Positions 9,301 to 17,838 of a stretch of DNA of 64,000 bases are shown in pieces. The notes beneath the pieces are model-generated. The model saw nothing but the letters and a program-made list of their open reading frames with translations, was not told where the DNA came from and did no database searches. The position numbers were made by a program, and so were the translations under genes. The DNA lies in NCBI GenBank assembly GCA_963717505.1, contig OY970342.1, forward strand, positions 2,912,001 to 2,976,000, read 5' to 3'. Every line of letters starts with the position of its first letter. The stretch's first letter is position 1. Source of the DNA: Candidatus Eiseniibacteriota bacterium. GTDB taxonomy: Bacteria > Eisenbacteria > RBG-16-71-46.

Positions 9301-11125
9301 ACCGGTTGCGGTCTCTATCGACTACACCCCACCGGTGGTGGCAGTAACATCGCCAAACGGTGGGGAATTCTGGCCCGAGACAATCACCTGGAACGCGACG
9401 GATGACGTCGCGATCGCGCAGTGCGATCTGCACTATTCAACTGACGACGGCACTACGTTCTCGAACGTCATCGCGCTCGATGTCCCCAACTCGGGGACGT
9501 ACGCATGGTCGCCGCCCACTACACCAAATGCGCAGGCTCGAGTTCGAGTGACCGCCTATGACGTGAACGGCAACGCCTCTAGCGATGCCAGTGATGCGAG
9601 CTTTGTTCTTGGGCAGTACGGCCTGACGGTGAGCGTGTCCAACGGTACCGTCGTTAAGTCGCCAGATTTGCCCGCGTACGACCCAGGGGTCGATGTGATG
9701 CTTACGGCGACCGCAGTGGCCGGCTTCCATTTCGTGGAATGGACCGGTGACGCGACTGGGTCCGCAAACCCCGTGACGATCACAATGGATGGCAACAAGG
9801 CCGTCACCGCGATCATCCAGGCGAACCCTCCTGTAGCACCGATCACCGCGCTATCTGCCACTCAGGTCAGAACTGGAAACGACTCCGACGGCTCAACGAA
9901 GATCCGGTTGAGCTGGCCATCAGTGCCCGCAGGCACCGTAGTCGTGGTCTATCGGGCGGGGTTTGGCTACTACCCTCGATACGACGAGCTTGGTGGTGCA
10001 GTCCCCTCGGTCCCGTCCTATCCGCCACCAACTCCGTGGAGCCCAGTAGCGGTTAGTTCGTCGGGCGAGACCGATGAGCCGCCAGGGCGGGACTTCCACT
10101 ATTACGTCGCGTTTGTCGTTGATGGGTTTGGAACCGTCTCACCGGCATCGAACCTGACCGGCGGGGCCCTGAACTACCACCTCGGCGACGTGACGAATGG
10201 CGCGACACCAGGTCAGGGCGACAACATTGTGGACATCGCAGATGTCTCGCTACTAGGAAGTCACTATGGCGCGTCGGGTGCCGAGGCAATCGCATTTGCA
10301 TACCTCGATGTCGGGCCGACCACTGATCGATCAGTGCACACGCGGCCGACAACAGACGGGCGACTCGACATTGAGGACTTGGTCTTGTTCGGACTCAACT
10401 ACGCTCAGGTGTCCGCTCCCATGGCCAATGCTCGAACGACGACAATCAAGGCCGGCGTCGATGAGTTGACATTGCTCGTGGCCGAATTGCCGCCCGATCA
10501 ATTGGAGGCGACCCTCGAACTCAGAGGCACCGGAGCCATACAGGCTCTTGCGACCACGCTGCAATGGGATCCGGCGGTAGTGGAGCCGGTCGACCATGCC
10601 GCGGGCGAATTAGTCGTGGACCAGGGTGGACTGGCACTGTCCCCGGGGCCCGGCCGCATTGACGCGACGCTTCTTGGTGCCCGGCCCATGGGGCTCTCCG
10701 GCGTTGGCGAGGTGGCTTCGATCAGGTTTCGCCGGCTGGCGCCAGGGGATCCCGCTATCGAGTTCCAGTCCGCGATCGCGCGGGATGCTCTGAATCAGGA
10801 TGTGCCACTGTCTACCACGTATGCAGCCGAAGTACCGCATGGCCCCATGGCGTACGCATTGTCACCGCCATTCCCGAATCCCTTCCGGTTAACCACGACG
10901 CTGTCCTTTGGCCTAGCGCATTCGGGAACTGTTGAGCTAGCCGTCTTTTCCGTAGACGGACGGCGGGCTCGGACGCTTCTTAGCGGGCCAATTGGCGCTG
11001 GGGACCACCGGGTGCCCTGGGACGGGCGGGACGCCCTGGGCAGCCGCGTCCCAGCCGGTATCTACTACGCGCGACTCACCACGACGCACGGCCAATTCCT
11101 ACAGAGGGTGGTCCACCTGCCATAG
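6386..11125 (+). CDS. Large secreted multidomain surface protein: 14 propeller repeats, Calx-beta, cohesin-like, Ig-like, dockerin-like, FlgD-Ig C-terminal domain
   Basis: 14 repeats of TVYVGGxFTxIGG..RNxIAAxDxxTG..WNP; Calx-beta-like VTVDFSTVDGSATAADDY..GTIINDD; paired GD..VDIADV / DGRLDIEDL loops; tail PFPNPF..WDGRDALGSRVPAGIYY; aaggagg RBS. Confidence 0.9.
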   Translation: MPTMPISCFRPSWTTVTATATSLLVALTLGLFTPPAPSSAQELNPEFPVTDGTVWAMTVLDSTLFIGGSFTYVGRNTGGFVGVDSASGEVAAGSVRVDGHVYASAPDGQGGHYLGGSFRSISGVPRDRLAHVRSDGTLGDWNPGADGNVRALAVTGSTVYVGGSFTTIGGQQRNRIAALDATTGLATSWNPGANGTVNTVAASGPTLYVGGAFSNAAGVTRNNLAAIDVVTGAATIWNPGANQPVSVLAVRGPTVYAGGAFTSIGGQSRDRVAALNTVGGQARSWNPGASGLVAALGFRGSLVYVGGSFYNIGSQARQSLAEIDSVSGLATSWNPAIESGSLPGVVGAILVSEASVYVGGAFTSAGGQGRLNVAEIDAATGLATSWSPHTSGQVNTISWSGSTVYVGGIFTSIGGVKRNRLAAIDITTGFTTGWDPGANYNVMALEGKGSTIYVGGYFTGIASESRSNIAALDASTGLATNWSPEASGPVYTIALRGSTVYVGGDFTSIGGQSRNRIAAIDSATGLPTSWDPGANGDVRTIAMGDSTVYAGGFFTSIGGEPRSRIAELDATTGLATSWNPAAGGEWFTVQTLALSGPTVYVGGIFTSMGGQPRSNLAAIDATTGLANNWNPQADGMVYVLKVAGPTVYSGGSFSTIGGQQRNGLAALVGTTGLATSWSADADSFVSILAVTDDAVYAGGSFNSIDGRSRPNLAQFLGPTPIPVPRAVVSDIQIAEGDVGAAQLLFTVTLSEPFDQPVTVDFSTVDGSATAADDYVAISGTLTIPPHEPSGVISVSVVGDGVYEPDETLLLSLSNPTNAEIGDFQAVGTIINDDPIPTIAAVAPVETLSPTTPSLAIPVTIARGDPSVILGYSVRLHLTDLTITGGGIAGFVEGTFLQAGNPLTSFQVVDNGGGSYTVDNVTLGMPCGSTATTGTLFSVAVGNGTLAGFGSVTIDQATVYDCNNAASSFAIGPPVAVSIDYTPPVVAVTSPNGGEFWPETITWNATDDVAIAQCDLHYSTDDGTTFSNVIALDVPNSGTYAWSPPTTPNAQARVRVTAYDVNGNASSDASDASFVLGQYGLTVSVSNGTVVKSPDLPAYDPGVDVMLTATAVAGFHFVEWTGDATGSANPVTITMDGNKAVTAIIQANPPVAPITALSATQVRTGNDSDGSTKIRLSWPSVPAGTVVVVYRAGFGYYPRYDELGGAVPSVPSYPPPTPWSPVAVSSSGETDEPPGRDFHYYVAFVVDGFGTVSPASNLTGGALNYHLGDVTNGATPGQGDNIVDIADVSLLGSHYGASGAEAIAFAYLDVGPTTDRSVHTRPTTDGRLDIEDLVLFGLNYAQVSAPMANARTTTIKAGVDELTLLVAELPPDQLEATLELRGTGAIQALATTLQWDPAVVEPVDHAAGELVVDQGGLALSPGPGRIDATLLGARPMGLSGVGEVASIRFRRLAPGDPAIEFQSAIARDALNQDVPLSTTYAAEVPHGPMAYALSPPFPNPFRLTTTLSFGLAHSGTVELAVFSVDGRRARTLLSGPIGAGDHRVPWDGRDALGSRVPAGIYYARLTTTHGQFLQRVVHLP

Positions 11126-11139
11126 GAGGTGAAGAGTTC

Positions 11140-11964
11140 GTGTGCGGTTCACGATGCTGTGCCACGTTCTCGCCATTCGTGTGGCTTGGAACGGCGCTTC
11201 TCGTCATGTTCGCATCTTCTTCGGAGGCGGGGGTAGTCGTGTCGATCCCTCCCGACTCTTTGGTCGTCGCGGCAGGTTCAGAGTTCGAGGTCAGCGTCGT
11301 TGTTACGGAAGCAGGGTCAAGTTTCAACGCGATCAGTTTAGTGATTGGGTTCGATCCCGATGCCCTGATGCCGCTGCCAATATCTCCGCTCACGGGGCAG
11401 GTCGGCGCGGCCCTGCTCGATGCCTGCACGAGCGTGTTCCACGATTTCCGCATTGGCTCTTTGAGCGACACAATCAACTGTGCGCTGTTGTGCGGCGGTG
11501 CTTCGACTTCTGGACCTGGCCAAATCTACCGCCTGCGATTTCGGGCCTCGCCGGTTCCTCAAGTCACGGAGCTGACTTTCGTCGAGAGCAAGTTCTACCA
11601 GGCAGGCGTACTCGTGACACCGGTTACGTCAACCAACATGGTTGTTCAGGTCGCAGCACAGGCGGCGGGGGTCACTGATGGGACCCTGACTGGGGCCTTG
11701 TCCGTCCAGGCAACGCCGAACCCAATAAGAGGGGGGACCCTCCTCGTGGTCCACGGTCCAGAAGCCGGGTACCTGACGCTTTCGGTCATGGACATCCAGG
11801 GGCGGGCGGTGCGTCAGTTGGTTGCCGGATGGAGCGTTGGGCCCTGGAAAGCATGGTGGGACGGTAAGGACGATTCGGGTGTAACTGTGCCCGCGGGTGT
11901 TTACTACGCCGTGGTTCGCACGTCGTCTGGATCCGCCCAAAGCCGAATCGTCGTGCTGCGCTAG
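11140..11964 (+). CDS. Secreted cohesin-like protein with FlgD-Ig C-terminal domain
   Basis: Cohesin pattern GSEFEVSVVV..FNAISLVIGFDPDAL..GQIYRLRF; tail TPNP..WDGKDDSGVTVPAGVYY; aggaggtg RBS. Confidence 0.85.
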   Translation: MCGSRCCATFSPFVWLGTALLVMFASSSEAGVVVSIPPDSLVVAAGSEFEVSVVVTEAGSSFNAISLVIGFDPDALMPLPISPLTGQVGAALLDACTSVFHDFRIGSLSDTINCALLCGGASTSGPGQIYRLRFRASPVPQVTELTFVESKFYQAGVLVTPVTSTNMVVQVAAQAAGVTDGTLTGALSVQATPNPIRGGTLLVVHGPEAGYLTLSVMDIQGRAVRQLVAGWSVGPWKAWWDGKDDSGVTVPAGVYYAVVRTSSGSAQSRIVVLR

Positions 11965-12010
11965 CTGTGATGTCTCACCACTGAACAACCTCCTGAGACA
12001 TCACAGTTAG
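11961..12010. repeat. Near-perfect 17-bp inverted repeat with a TGT...ACA core
   Basis: ctagctgtgatgtctca ... tgagacatcacagttag, 16/17 complementary, 16-nt loop. Confidence 0.85.
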
Positions 12011-12305
12011 GTCAGGACTTCGCTTGCGCTGCGGCGGCGCAGATGCATGATGTTTCCCGGTTGCGGCGCTGGTGCGTGGTGTTCGGCGATAAGGAACGAA
12101 GCATAGGCTGAGTGTGTCGAGCTGGCCTGGCAACTGTGAGGGACGTTTGGTGGCGAAGTCACGCCTGGTCGACATGCTGCTAGGCTTGATGACTGTCTTG
12201 GGGGACAAACCCTGCTGACGCGTGGGGGTCGGACGATTGCGAATGTTCGGCTTGGCCTCAAGAATAACCAAGTGAGCGACCTGCGTTCGCTTCCAAAATA
12301 GGCAG

Positions 12306-13022
12306 ATGACCGACCAGCCTTCCCCCTCAGAGGTTCCCAGCTCAACCGGCCTGCCATCGGCGGACACGACCCCCGAGAATTCGGCGCTTCTCGGAGATGC
12401 GAGCCGCACACTTTATCGTCGATTTGTCCGCAAGGATGCCGAGGTCCCGGTGAAACCGCCGCCTCTGGCGGCAATGTACTTGGGCGCCAAGATGGTTCGC
12501 CTCCGCCCGGACAATCCCGAGTTCATCTCCCACGCTGGCCACAGCATCCGAGAGCTCATCGACGCGCTTCCCGGCAAGTACCCAAACGTTCCGGTGTTCG
12601 ACCATGTGGATCTAGTTTCAAGGTCGCGTTCGCTGATTGACGCCTGGACTGCTTACCAAGGTGCGGCGCCCGGCGTCAAAGCCCACCTTGGCGCGACATT
12701 CGAATCCACTATGCAGGGCTTTGCGACAGACATGGCGGGAGTGCGCGTTACGAGACGAGAGCAGGCCGGAGCCCTGATGGGAGCGATGGACCCTTCAGGT
12801 CGCCCGCTTCCACCTGTAATAGCGGAGCTCAGGGTGGACGAGTGGGGCGCCTATCGCGCGTTCTTTGTCCGGGCCTGCCACCATGGTTTAACGACCCCCG
12901 AAGACTTCGACAGAATGCTGGAGCTATTCGAAGAGTTTCTGATAGATCGATTGGGTCTGAGGACGTTTCGGAGTCAAGCGGCTCTCGAAGCGATAGTCGC
13001 GGAAGGAGAGCGGCATGCCTAA
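12306..13022 (+). CDS. Hypothetical helical protein, possibly HEPN-like
   Basis: 238 aa; motifs MYLGA..DNPEFISHAGHSIRELI and FFVRACHHG; stop overlaps the next start by 8 bp. Confidence 0.75.
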   Translation: MTDQPSPSEVPSSTGLPSADTTPENSALLGDASRTLYRRFVRKDAEVPVKPPPLAAMYLGAKMVRLRPDNPEFISHAGHSIRELIDALPGKYPNVPVFDHVDLVSRSRSLIDAWTAYQGAAPGVKAHLGATFESTMQGFATDMAGVRVTRREQAGALMGAMDPSGRPLPPVIAELRVDEWGAYRAFFVRACHHGLTTPEDFDRMLELFEEFLIDRLGLRTFRSQAALEAIVAEGERHA

Positions 13023-15912
13023 CCGCGAGCAGGTCAAGAGGGCAATCGCCGCCATTAAGAGTGCGGCCGACACGGAGTATTTCTTTGACGCACTAAAGTC
13101 GCCAGATTGGATTGTGCACCTGGAGGCAGAAGGACTGTTCCGTCATCCACCGGAGCCGATTCGCGAAAATCAGACGATTGGGTTTCCATTCTGGCCGCAA
13201 TCTCGCTACCTCCAGCGCATGGCTCCTCTCGCGGCTGATGAGGTGCTTCGAGTCATCCTCGCGATCCCGGACACGGACAACGTTCGCGTTCAGGAGGATT
13301 TTCTCGATGCCGCGATAGTGATGCCAGCGGACCGTGCCGCGCGAATGGTGCCGAAGGTGATCAAGTGGGCGTCTTCACCGTATCAACTGCTCCTTCCGGA
13401 GAAGGCCGGCAGTCTTGCGTCCCGCCTCGCGAGTGGAGGTCAGGTCGATGGGGCCTTGAGCATCCTTCCAGAACTTCTTGCGCTCCGACCGGACTCGCCG
13501 CCAACCACGAGGGAAAAAGGGGCTGGGTTTGCCCTGCCTCCAACCCCGGTCGGCCGATTCCATGAGTGGAAGTACAGGCAGATCCTCGAAAAACATGTCC
13601 CGGCGATTGTGGCAGCAGACGGCCTGAGAACGCTCCAGGTGTTGGTTGAGCTACTAGACAACGCAGTCGCAATCTCCAGACCAGATGCGCGAGGTGGTGC
13701 CGACCATTCCTACATGTGGCGACCGTCAATTGAGGATGGCTCTCAGAACCACGACCACGGTCCACGCGACCACCTCGTCTCCGCTGTGCGTGATGCTGCA
13801 GAGGGAACAGTTACGGCGCACGCCGATTTACTAACCCGGGTTGTCGAAGTATTAGAGGCCAAGGAATGGGACGTGTTCCGACGGCTGGCTCTCCATGTCC
13901 TTCGCAGGTTTCCGACAGCTGGTTTGGCACTCGCGAAGGAGCGAATCCTTGATGAAGAGGCAGTTGAGGATGTCGGCGTGTTCCACGAGTACTGGCTGCT
14001 GGCCGGGGTGATCTTCCCCAGGCTGGAGTCCGTGGAGCAAGAGCGCCTTCTTGCGATGCTCGACGACAAGCTCGCCACGGAAGAGGCCGAGGCGAACAAG
14101 GAGCCGACGCCCGAGGCAAAGGACGAGGCCCGCGAGCGTGCTCGCCATTGGCTCTATCGGCGCTTGACCCTCCTTGGTCGCGCGCTCCCTCGGAAGCGCG
14201 TCGATCAGTTGCAGCGTCTTGCCGAAGAGTTTGGTCCGATTGAGCACCCAAGTTTCCTGGCATATTCATCTGGCGCCGTGTGGGTCGGACCGACCAGCCC
14301 GAAGGGCGAGCAAGACATCTCTCGCATGTCCACAACGGAACTGGCCGACTTCCTGAGGAATTGGCAACCAGCCGGCAGTGTCATCGAAGCTACCCCAGAG
14401 GGATTGGGACGTACGCTTTCGGGAGCTGTTGCTGCAGACCCAACTCGATTTGCGTCGGGAGCACGAGACTTTGTAGGGCTCGATCCTACTTATGTGAGGG
14501 CGATCTTCTCGGGTCTCACCGAGGCGGCTAAGGCGCAGAGGTGGTTTGAATGGGCCCCGGTGCTGGCGCTCGCTCGCTGGGCTGTCGCTCAACCTCGAGA
14601 TGTGCCTGATCGTCCCAACCTCCATTTTGAGGCTGATCCGCACTGGGGGTGGGCCCGCAAGGCCATCGCTGAGCTATTGACCGCCAGTTTTGGACAGCCG
14701 GGGGAGGGGCTCCCGTGGGCTTCCCGAACTGTCGCCTGGGATCTTCTGGAACCACTCACGAACGACCCCGACCCTACGCCTGAGCGTGAAGCACAGCACC
14801 TCGGCAAGAACATGAACCCGCTCACGCTGTCGATAAACACGACCCGTGGCGAAGCGATGCATACAGTCGTGCGGTACGCTCTTTGGGTGAGGCGGTATCT
14901 TGACGATGAGTTCACCAAAGGTCAACAAACGAGCCGCACCTTCGATGTGATGCCCGAGGTGCGCTACGCGCTCGAGACACATCTCGACACTAGACGTGAT
15001 TCATCGGCGGCAGTCCGCTCGGTCTACGGCCAGTGGTTCCCGTGGCTGCTTCTACTCGACTCACACTGGACTCGAGATCACATCGCGTCGATCTTCCCTC
15101 CATCGGCAGCCGCCCTGGGGCTGTGGCGAGCCGCATGGAACGCTTACATCTCCTTCGGCGGCACCTTCGACGACGTCTTCGAGGTTCTGACCGAAGAGTA
15201 CGCGCGAGCGATCGCCCGTATTGGCCAGGACTCGGATGCGCGTTTTGGAGGCACACGCCCGGACAATCGACTTGCACAACACCTCATGGTGTTCTACTGG
15301 CGTGGCAAAATGCCGCTGGGCAACCGCGAAGGCTTACTCGCTGCCTTCTACAGGTCTGCGGGACCAGAGCTGCGGGAGTACGCCCTCGACTTTGTGGGTC
15401 GCGCCATGCACGGCGAAGACAAACCGCCGGTGCCAGATCCAATCCGCGATCGACTTCAAGCGCTGTGGGCTTGGAGGCTTAGCGAGAGTCGTGCGATCGA
15501 GGCATCTGAACGCGCCGTAGAACTTGCTGCGTTTGGGTGGTGGTTTGCTTCTCGCAAATTCCCTGACGATTGGGCGCTTGATCAACTGCTTCAAGCTCTT
15601 CGGTCCGGCGGCAAGCTCGAGGCGGGTCACCTTGTGATCGATGAGCTTGCGACGTTCTCTACACGCGAGCCCGACAAGACGATTGAGGCACTTACGTTAA
15701 TCATCGACGCCGACAAAGAAGCATGGGGAGTGTCGCTGCGAGCTGACAAGGTCGAGACGATCATTAGTTCTGCACTGAACAGCGGAAACCGGATCGCTGC
15801 GGAGAAGGCCGCCGATCTCGTTCACGTTCTGGGAGCGAGAGGCTTCAGGACGTTCGGCCGACTCCTGCAGGGCGAAGGGCCGGGGCACACGCCACCCGCG
15901 TCACTATCATGA
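13015..15912 (+). CDS. Large hypothetical alpha-helical (HEAT/ARM-like) protein
   Basis: Clean 965-aa ORF, rich in Trp, Leu and Ala; no signal peptide; no Walker motif seen. Confidence 0.85.
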   Translation: MPNREQVKRAIAAIKSAADTEYFFDALKSPDWIVHLEAEGLFRHPPEPIRENQTIGFPFWPQSRYLQRMAPLAADEVLRVILAIPDTDNVRVQEDFLDAAIVMPADRAARMVPKVIKWASSPYQLLLPEKAGSLASRLASGGQVDGALSILPELLALRPDSPPTTREKGAGFALPPTPVGRFHEWKYRQILEKHVPAIVAADGLRTLQVLVELLDNAVAISRPDARGGADHSYMWRPSIEDGSQNHDHGPRDHLVSAVRDAAEGTVTAHADLLTRVVEVLEAKEWDVFRRLALHVLRRFPTAGLALAKERILDEEAVEDVGVFHEYWLLAGVIFPRLESVEQERLLAMLDDKLATEEAEANKEPTPEAKDEARERARHWLYRRLTLLGRALPRKRVDQLQRLAEEFGPIEHPSFLAYSSGAVWVGPTSPKGEQDISRMSTTELADFLRNWQPAGSVIEATPEGLGRTLSGAVAADPTRFASGARDFVGLDPTYVRAIFSGLTEAAKAQRWFEWAPVLALARWAVAQPRDVPDRPNLHFEADPHWGWARKAIAELLTASFGQPGEGLPWASRTVAWDLLEPLTNDPDPTPEREAQHLGKNMNPLTLSINTTRGEAMHTVVRYALWVRRYLDDEFTKGQQTSRTFDVMPEVRYALETHLDTRRDSSAAVRSVYGQWFPWLLLLDSHWTRDHIASIFPPSAAALGLWRAAWNAYISFGGTFDDVFEVLTEEYARAIARIGQDSDARFGGTRPDNRLAQHLMVFYWRGKMPLGNREGLLAAFYRSAGPELREYALDFVGRAMHGEDKPPVPDPIRDRLQALWAWRLSESRAIEASERAVELAAFGWWFASRKFPDDWALDQLLQALRSGGKLEAGHLVIDELATFSTREPDKTIEALTLIIDADKEAWGVSLRADKVETIISSALNSGNRIAAEKAADLVHVLGARGFRTFGRLLQGEGPGHTPPASLS

Positions 15913-15921
15913 ACGGAGTAG

Positions 15922-16752
15922 TCATGCTGGCCGAATCGTTAGCCTGAATTCGGAATCCGCCAGGTTCGCTTGGAGTACTTGGACAGGACGGTTGCGACGT
16001 CCCAGGATGTCACGGACGCGAGCCTGATCCTCGCGGGATACTCTGCAACCGAGGATAACGCCGTCGATCGCCTCCTCGGGGATCTCCACCAAGCCAGGTC
16101 CCCCATGGCGCACGATCCGCCACTCACGCTCGTGACTCCATACGACGGCCTTGGTCGCCAAGGTTGATTGACTCCGTCGGAAGGGACTAGAGCGGTAGAA
16201 GTTGATCTTGGGGTAGGTGTTCTCGTACGTAACTGGCATGGGTCCGTAGCAGCCTAGCCATTCATGGGACCTTAGAAGCAGTCCCGTGTTGAAGCGCAGG
16301 CATACACCTCGGTGCCCATCCGCGTAGTAGCCCCACATGGGCAAATCGTTGGGGACCTCGCTGAGACACACAACTCCGAGTTGGGCCACTGCCTCATCAT
16401 GACCAGCACGTAGCCGCTTGTGGGCTTCCGTGACGGGCATCATCAAGATGCGATCGATGGCACTGGCATCTCTTGCGAGACCCATTTCAACTTGAACGCG
16501 TTCCCAGAACTCTCGTTTCTCTTGGTCTGTCGCGTCATCAACCGGATAAACAGCACCATCAAATGGATCATTGAACTCGGAGATCATAGGAAAGTAGAGC
16601 AGCGATCGAAGGGCGAGATCACAGAACCAGGCGAATCGATCGCCCCGGATGCTTACGTACCTGTAAAGACTGGGCAGGTGTTCCAGACGCAATCTCCACG
16701 CGGCGATCGTCGCGTGGTCCTCCTCAGTAAATCCTTGCTCGGCGTCGTTCAT
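15922..16752 (-). CDS. DUF2971 domain protein
   Basis: Motifs LYRY, FNDPFD, VVCLSE..LPMWGYYADGHRGVCL, TKAVVWSHEREWRI, IDGVILG. Start set at MNDAEQ (16752), because the longer ORF runs through the tRNA. Confidence 0.88.
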   Translation of the reverse strand: MNDAEQGFTEEDHATIAAWRLRLEHLPSLYRYVSIRGDRFAWFCDLALRSLLYFPMISEFNDPFDGAVYPVDDATDQEKREFWERVQVEMGLARDASAIDRILMMPVTEAHKRLRAGHDEAVAQLGVVCLSEVPNDLPMWGYYADGHRGVCLRFNTGLLLRSHEWLGCYGPMPVTYENTYPKINFYRSSPFRRSQSTLATKAVVWSHEREWRIVRHGGPGLVEIPEEAIDGVILGCRVSREDQARVRDILGRRNRPVQVLQANLADSEFRLTIRPA

Positions 16753-16848
16753 GGCTAACCTCGCTTTCTGCCTGCCTGTGGTGACCGCAGCAAGGCGTGC
16801 TTTCTGAACGTCTCTGCGCCGGAGTGTCCGAGGGGCGCGTGAACGGTC

Positions 16849-16924
<76 letters not shown>

Positions 16925-16970
16925 GCATCGACGCGCGGCGAGGAGTCGGCCGCCACGCGGAAGGCGCGAC

Positions 16971-17000
16971 ACCTTATCAGGGGAGCCCCCCGGGCGGCAA
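16971..17000 (-). promoter_or_regulatory. Candidate sigma70 promoter for tRNA-Glu
   Basis: Minus strand TTGCCG-N18-TAAGGT, ~45 bp upstream of the tRNA. Confidence 0.4.
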
Positions 17001-17016
17001 GTGCGCCGGAATAGCG

Positions 17017-17043
17017 AAACGCGCCCGCCTTTCGGCGAGCGCG
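17017..17043 (-). terminator. Candidate intrinsic terminator after pyrE
   Basis: Minus strand cgcgctcgcc-gaaa-ggcgggcgcg followed by ttt, ~25 bp after the stop. Confidence 0.5.
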
Positions 17044-17068
17044 CTCGCGCAACCCTGGAACCGGCGCC

Positions 17069-17623
17069 TTACTTCTCGGCCGGCAGCAGCTCGTCGATCG
17101 AGAACAGCGACGTGAACGGCAGCCCACGCTGCTGGAAGATCTGGGCGCGCCCTGCGCGCGATCGACCACGGCGAGCACGCGCACGACCTGCGCCTTGTAC
17201 GACTCGGCGGCTTCGGCGGCGATCAGGGCGCTCTCGCCGCTGGTGATCACGTCGTCGAGGATGACGACGCGCTTGTGGCCGGCGAGGTTGCCCTCGACCT
17301 GGCCGCGCAGTGCCGTGGTCCTTGGTCGTGCGGCGCACCAGGAATCCCTCGAGCGGTTTGCCCTTGGACGCGCTGTGCAGCATGAGGCCGGCGACCAGCG
17401 GGTCGGCGCCCAGCGTCAGTCCGCCGACGGCGGTGATGTCGTCGCCCGCGAGCATCTCCCAGAACAGCTTGGAGATCATGGCCAGCCCTTCGGGATGCAG
17501 GCTGGTCTTGCGCACGTCGATGTAGTAGTTCGACGTCGCGCCCGAGCTGAGCACGAACTCGCCGAAGCGCATCGAGCGGTCGAGCAGCATCTGGCGCAGT
17601 TGATCGCGTTCGTTCGCGTTCAT
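17069..17623 (-). CDS. pyrE: Orotate phosphoribosyltransferase (frameshifted in this assembly)
   Basis: FGEFVLSSGATSNYYIDVR and AVGGLTLGADP; PRPP motif VVILDDVITSGES lies in another frame (shifts near 17310 and 17150). Confidence 0.92.
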   Translation of the reverse strand: MNANERDQLRQMLLDRSMRFGEFVLSSGATSNYYIDVRKTSLHPEGLAMISKLFWEMLAGDDITAVGGLTLGADPLVAGLMLHSASKGKPLEGFLVRRTTKDHGTARPGRGQPRRPQARRHPRRRDHQRRERPDRRRSRRVVQGAGRARARRGRSRAGRAQIFQQRGLPFTSLFSIDELLPAEK

Positions 17624-17838
17624 GGTTCCTCTGAAATAGTGTGCGCGAGGCCGGTGCGAGGGGGGTGCCGGTGGGACGCGCGAATTTTGCCGACGCTCAC
17701 GACGATGTCAAGGAACGCGGCTCGTCGGAACGTCTGGGCTCTGGGGAGCGTTTTCGGCGGGACTTGCCGGGGGGTTCAGGGCTACCTAAACTTGTTGCGC
17801 CCGTGCTGAATCATCCCAGCTCTCTACGCCCGCATTCG

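Larger units (their letters stand above)
3271..16848. mobile_element. tRNA-Glu-integrated genomic island (~13.6 kb) without a recognisable integrase
   Basis: Bounded by the 23-bp direct repeat and the tRNA. Visibly more A/T-rich than the core genes to the right. Carries accessory cargo. Confidence 0.75.

Noticed and set aside
16750-16810. Integron attC before DUF2971 (GTTAGCC-ATG on the minus strand)
   Set aside because: No complementary RYYYAAC arm or hairpin, and no intI in the window.
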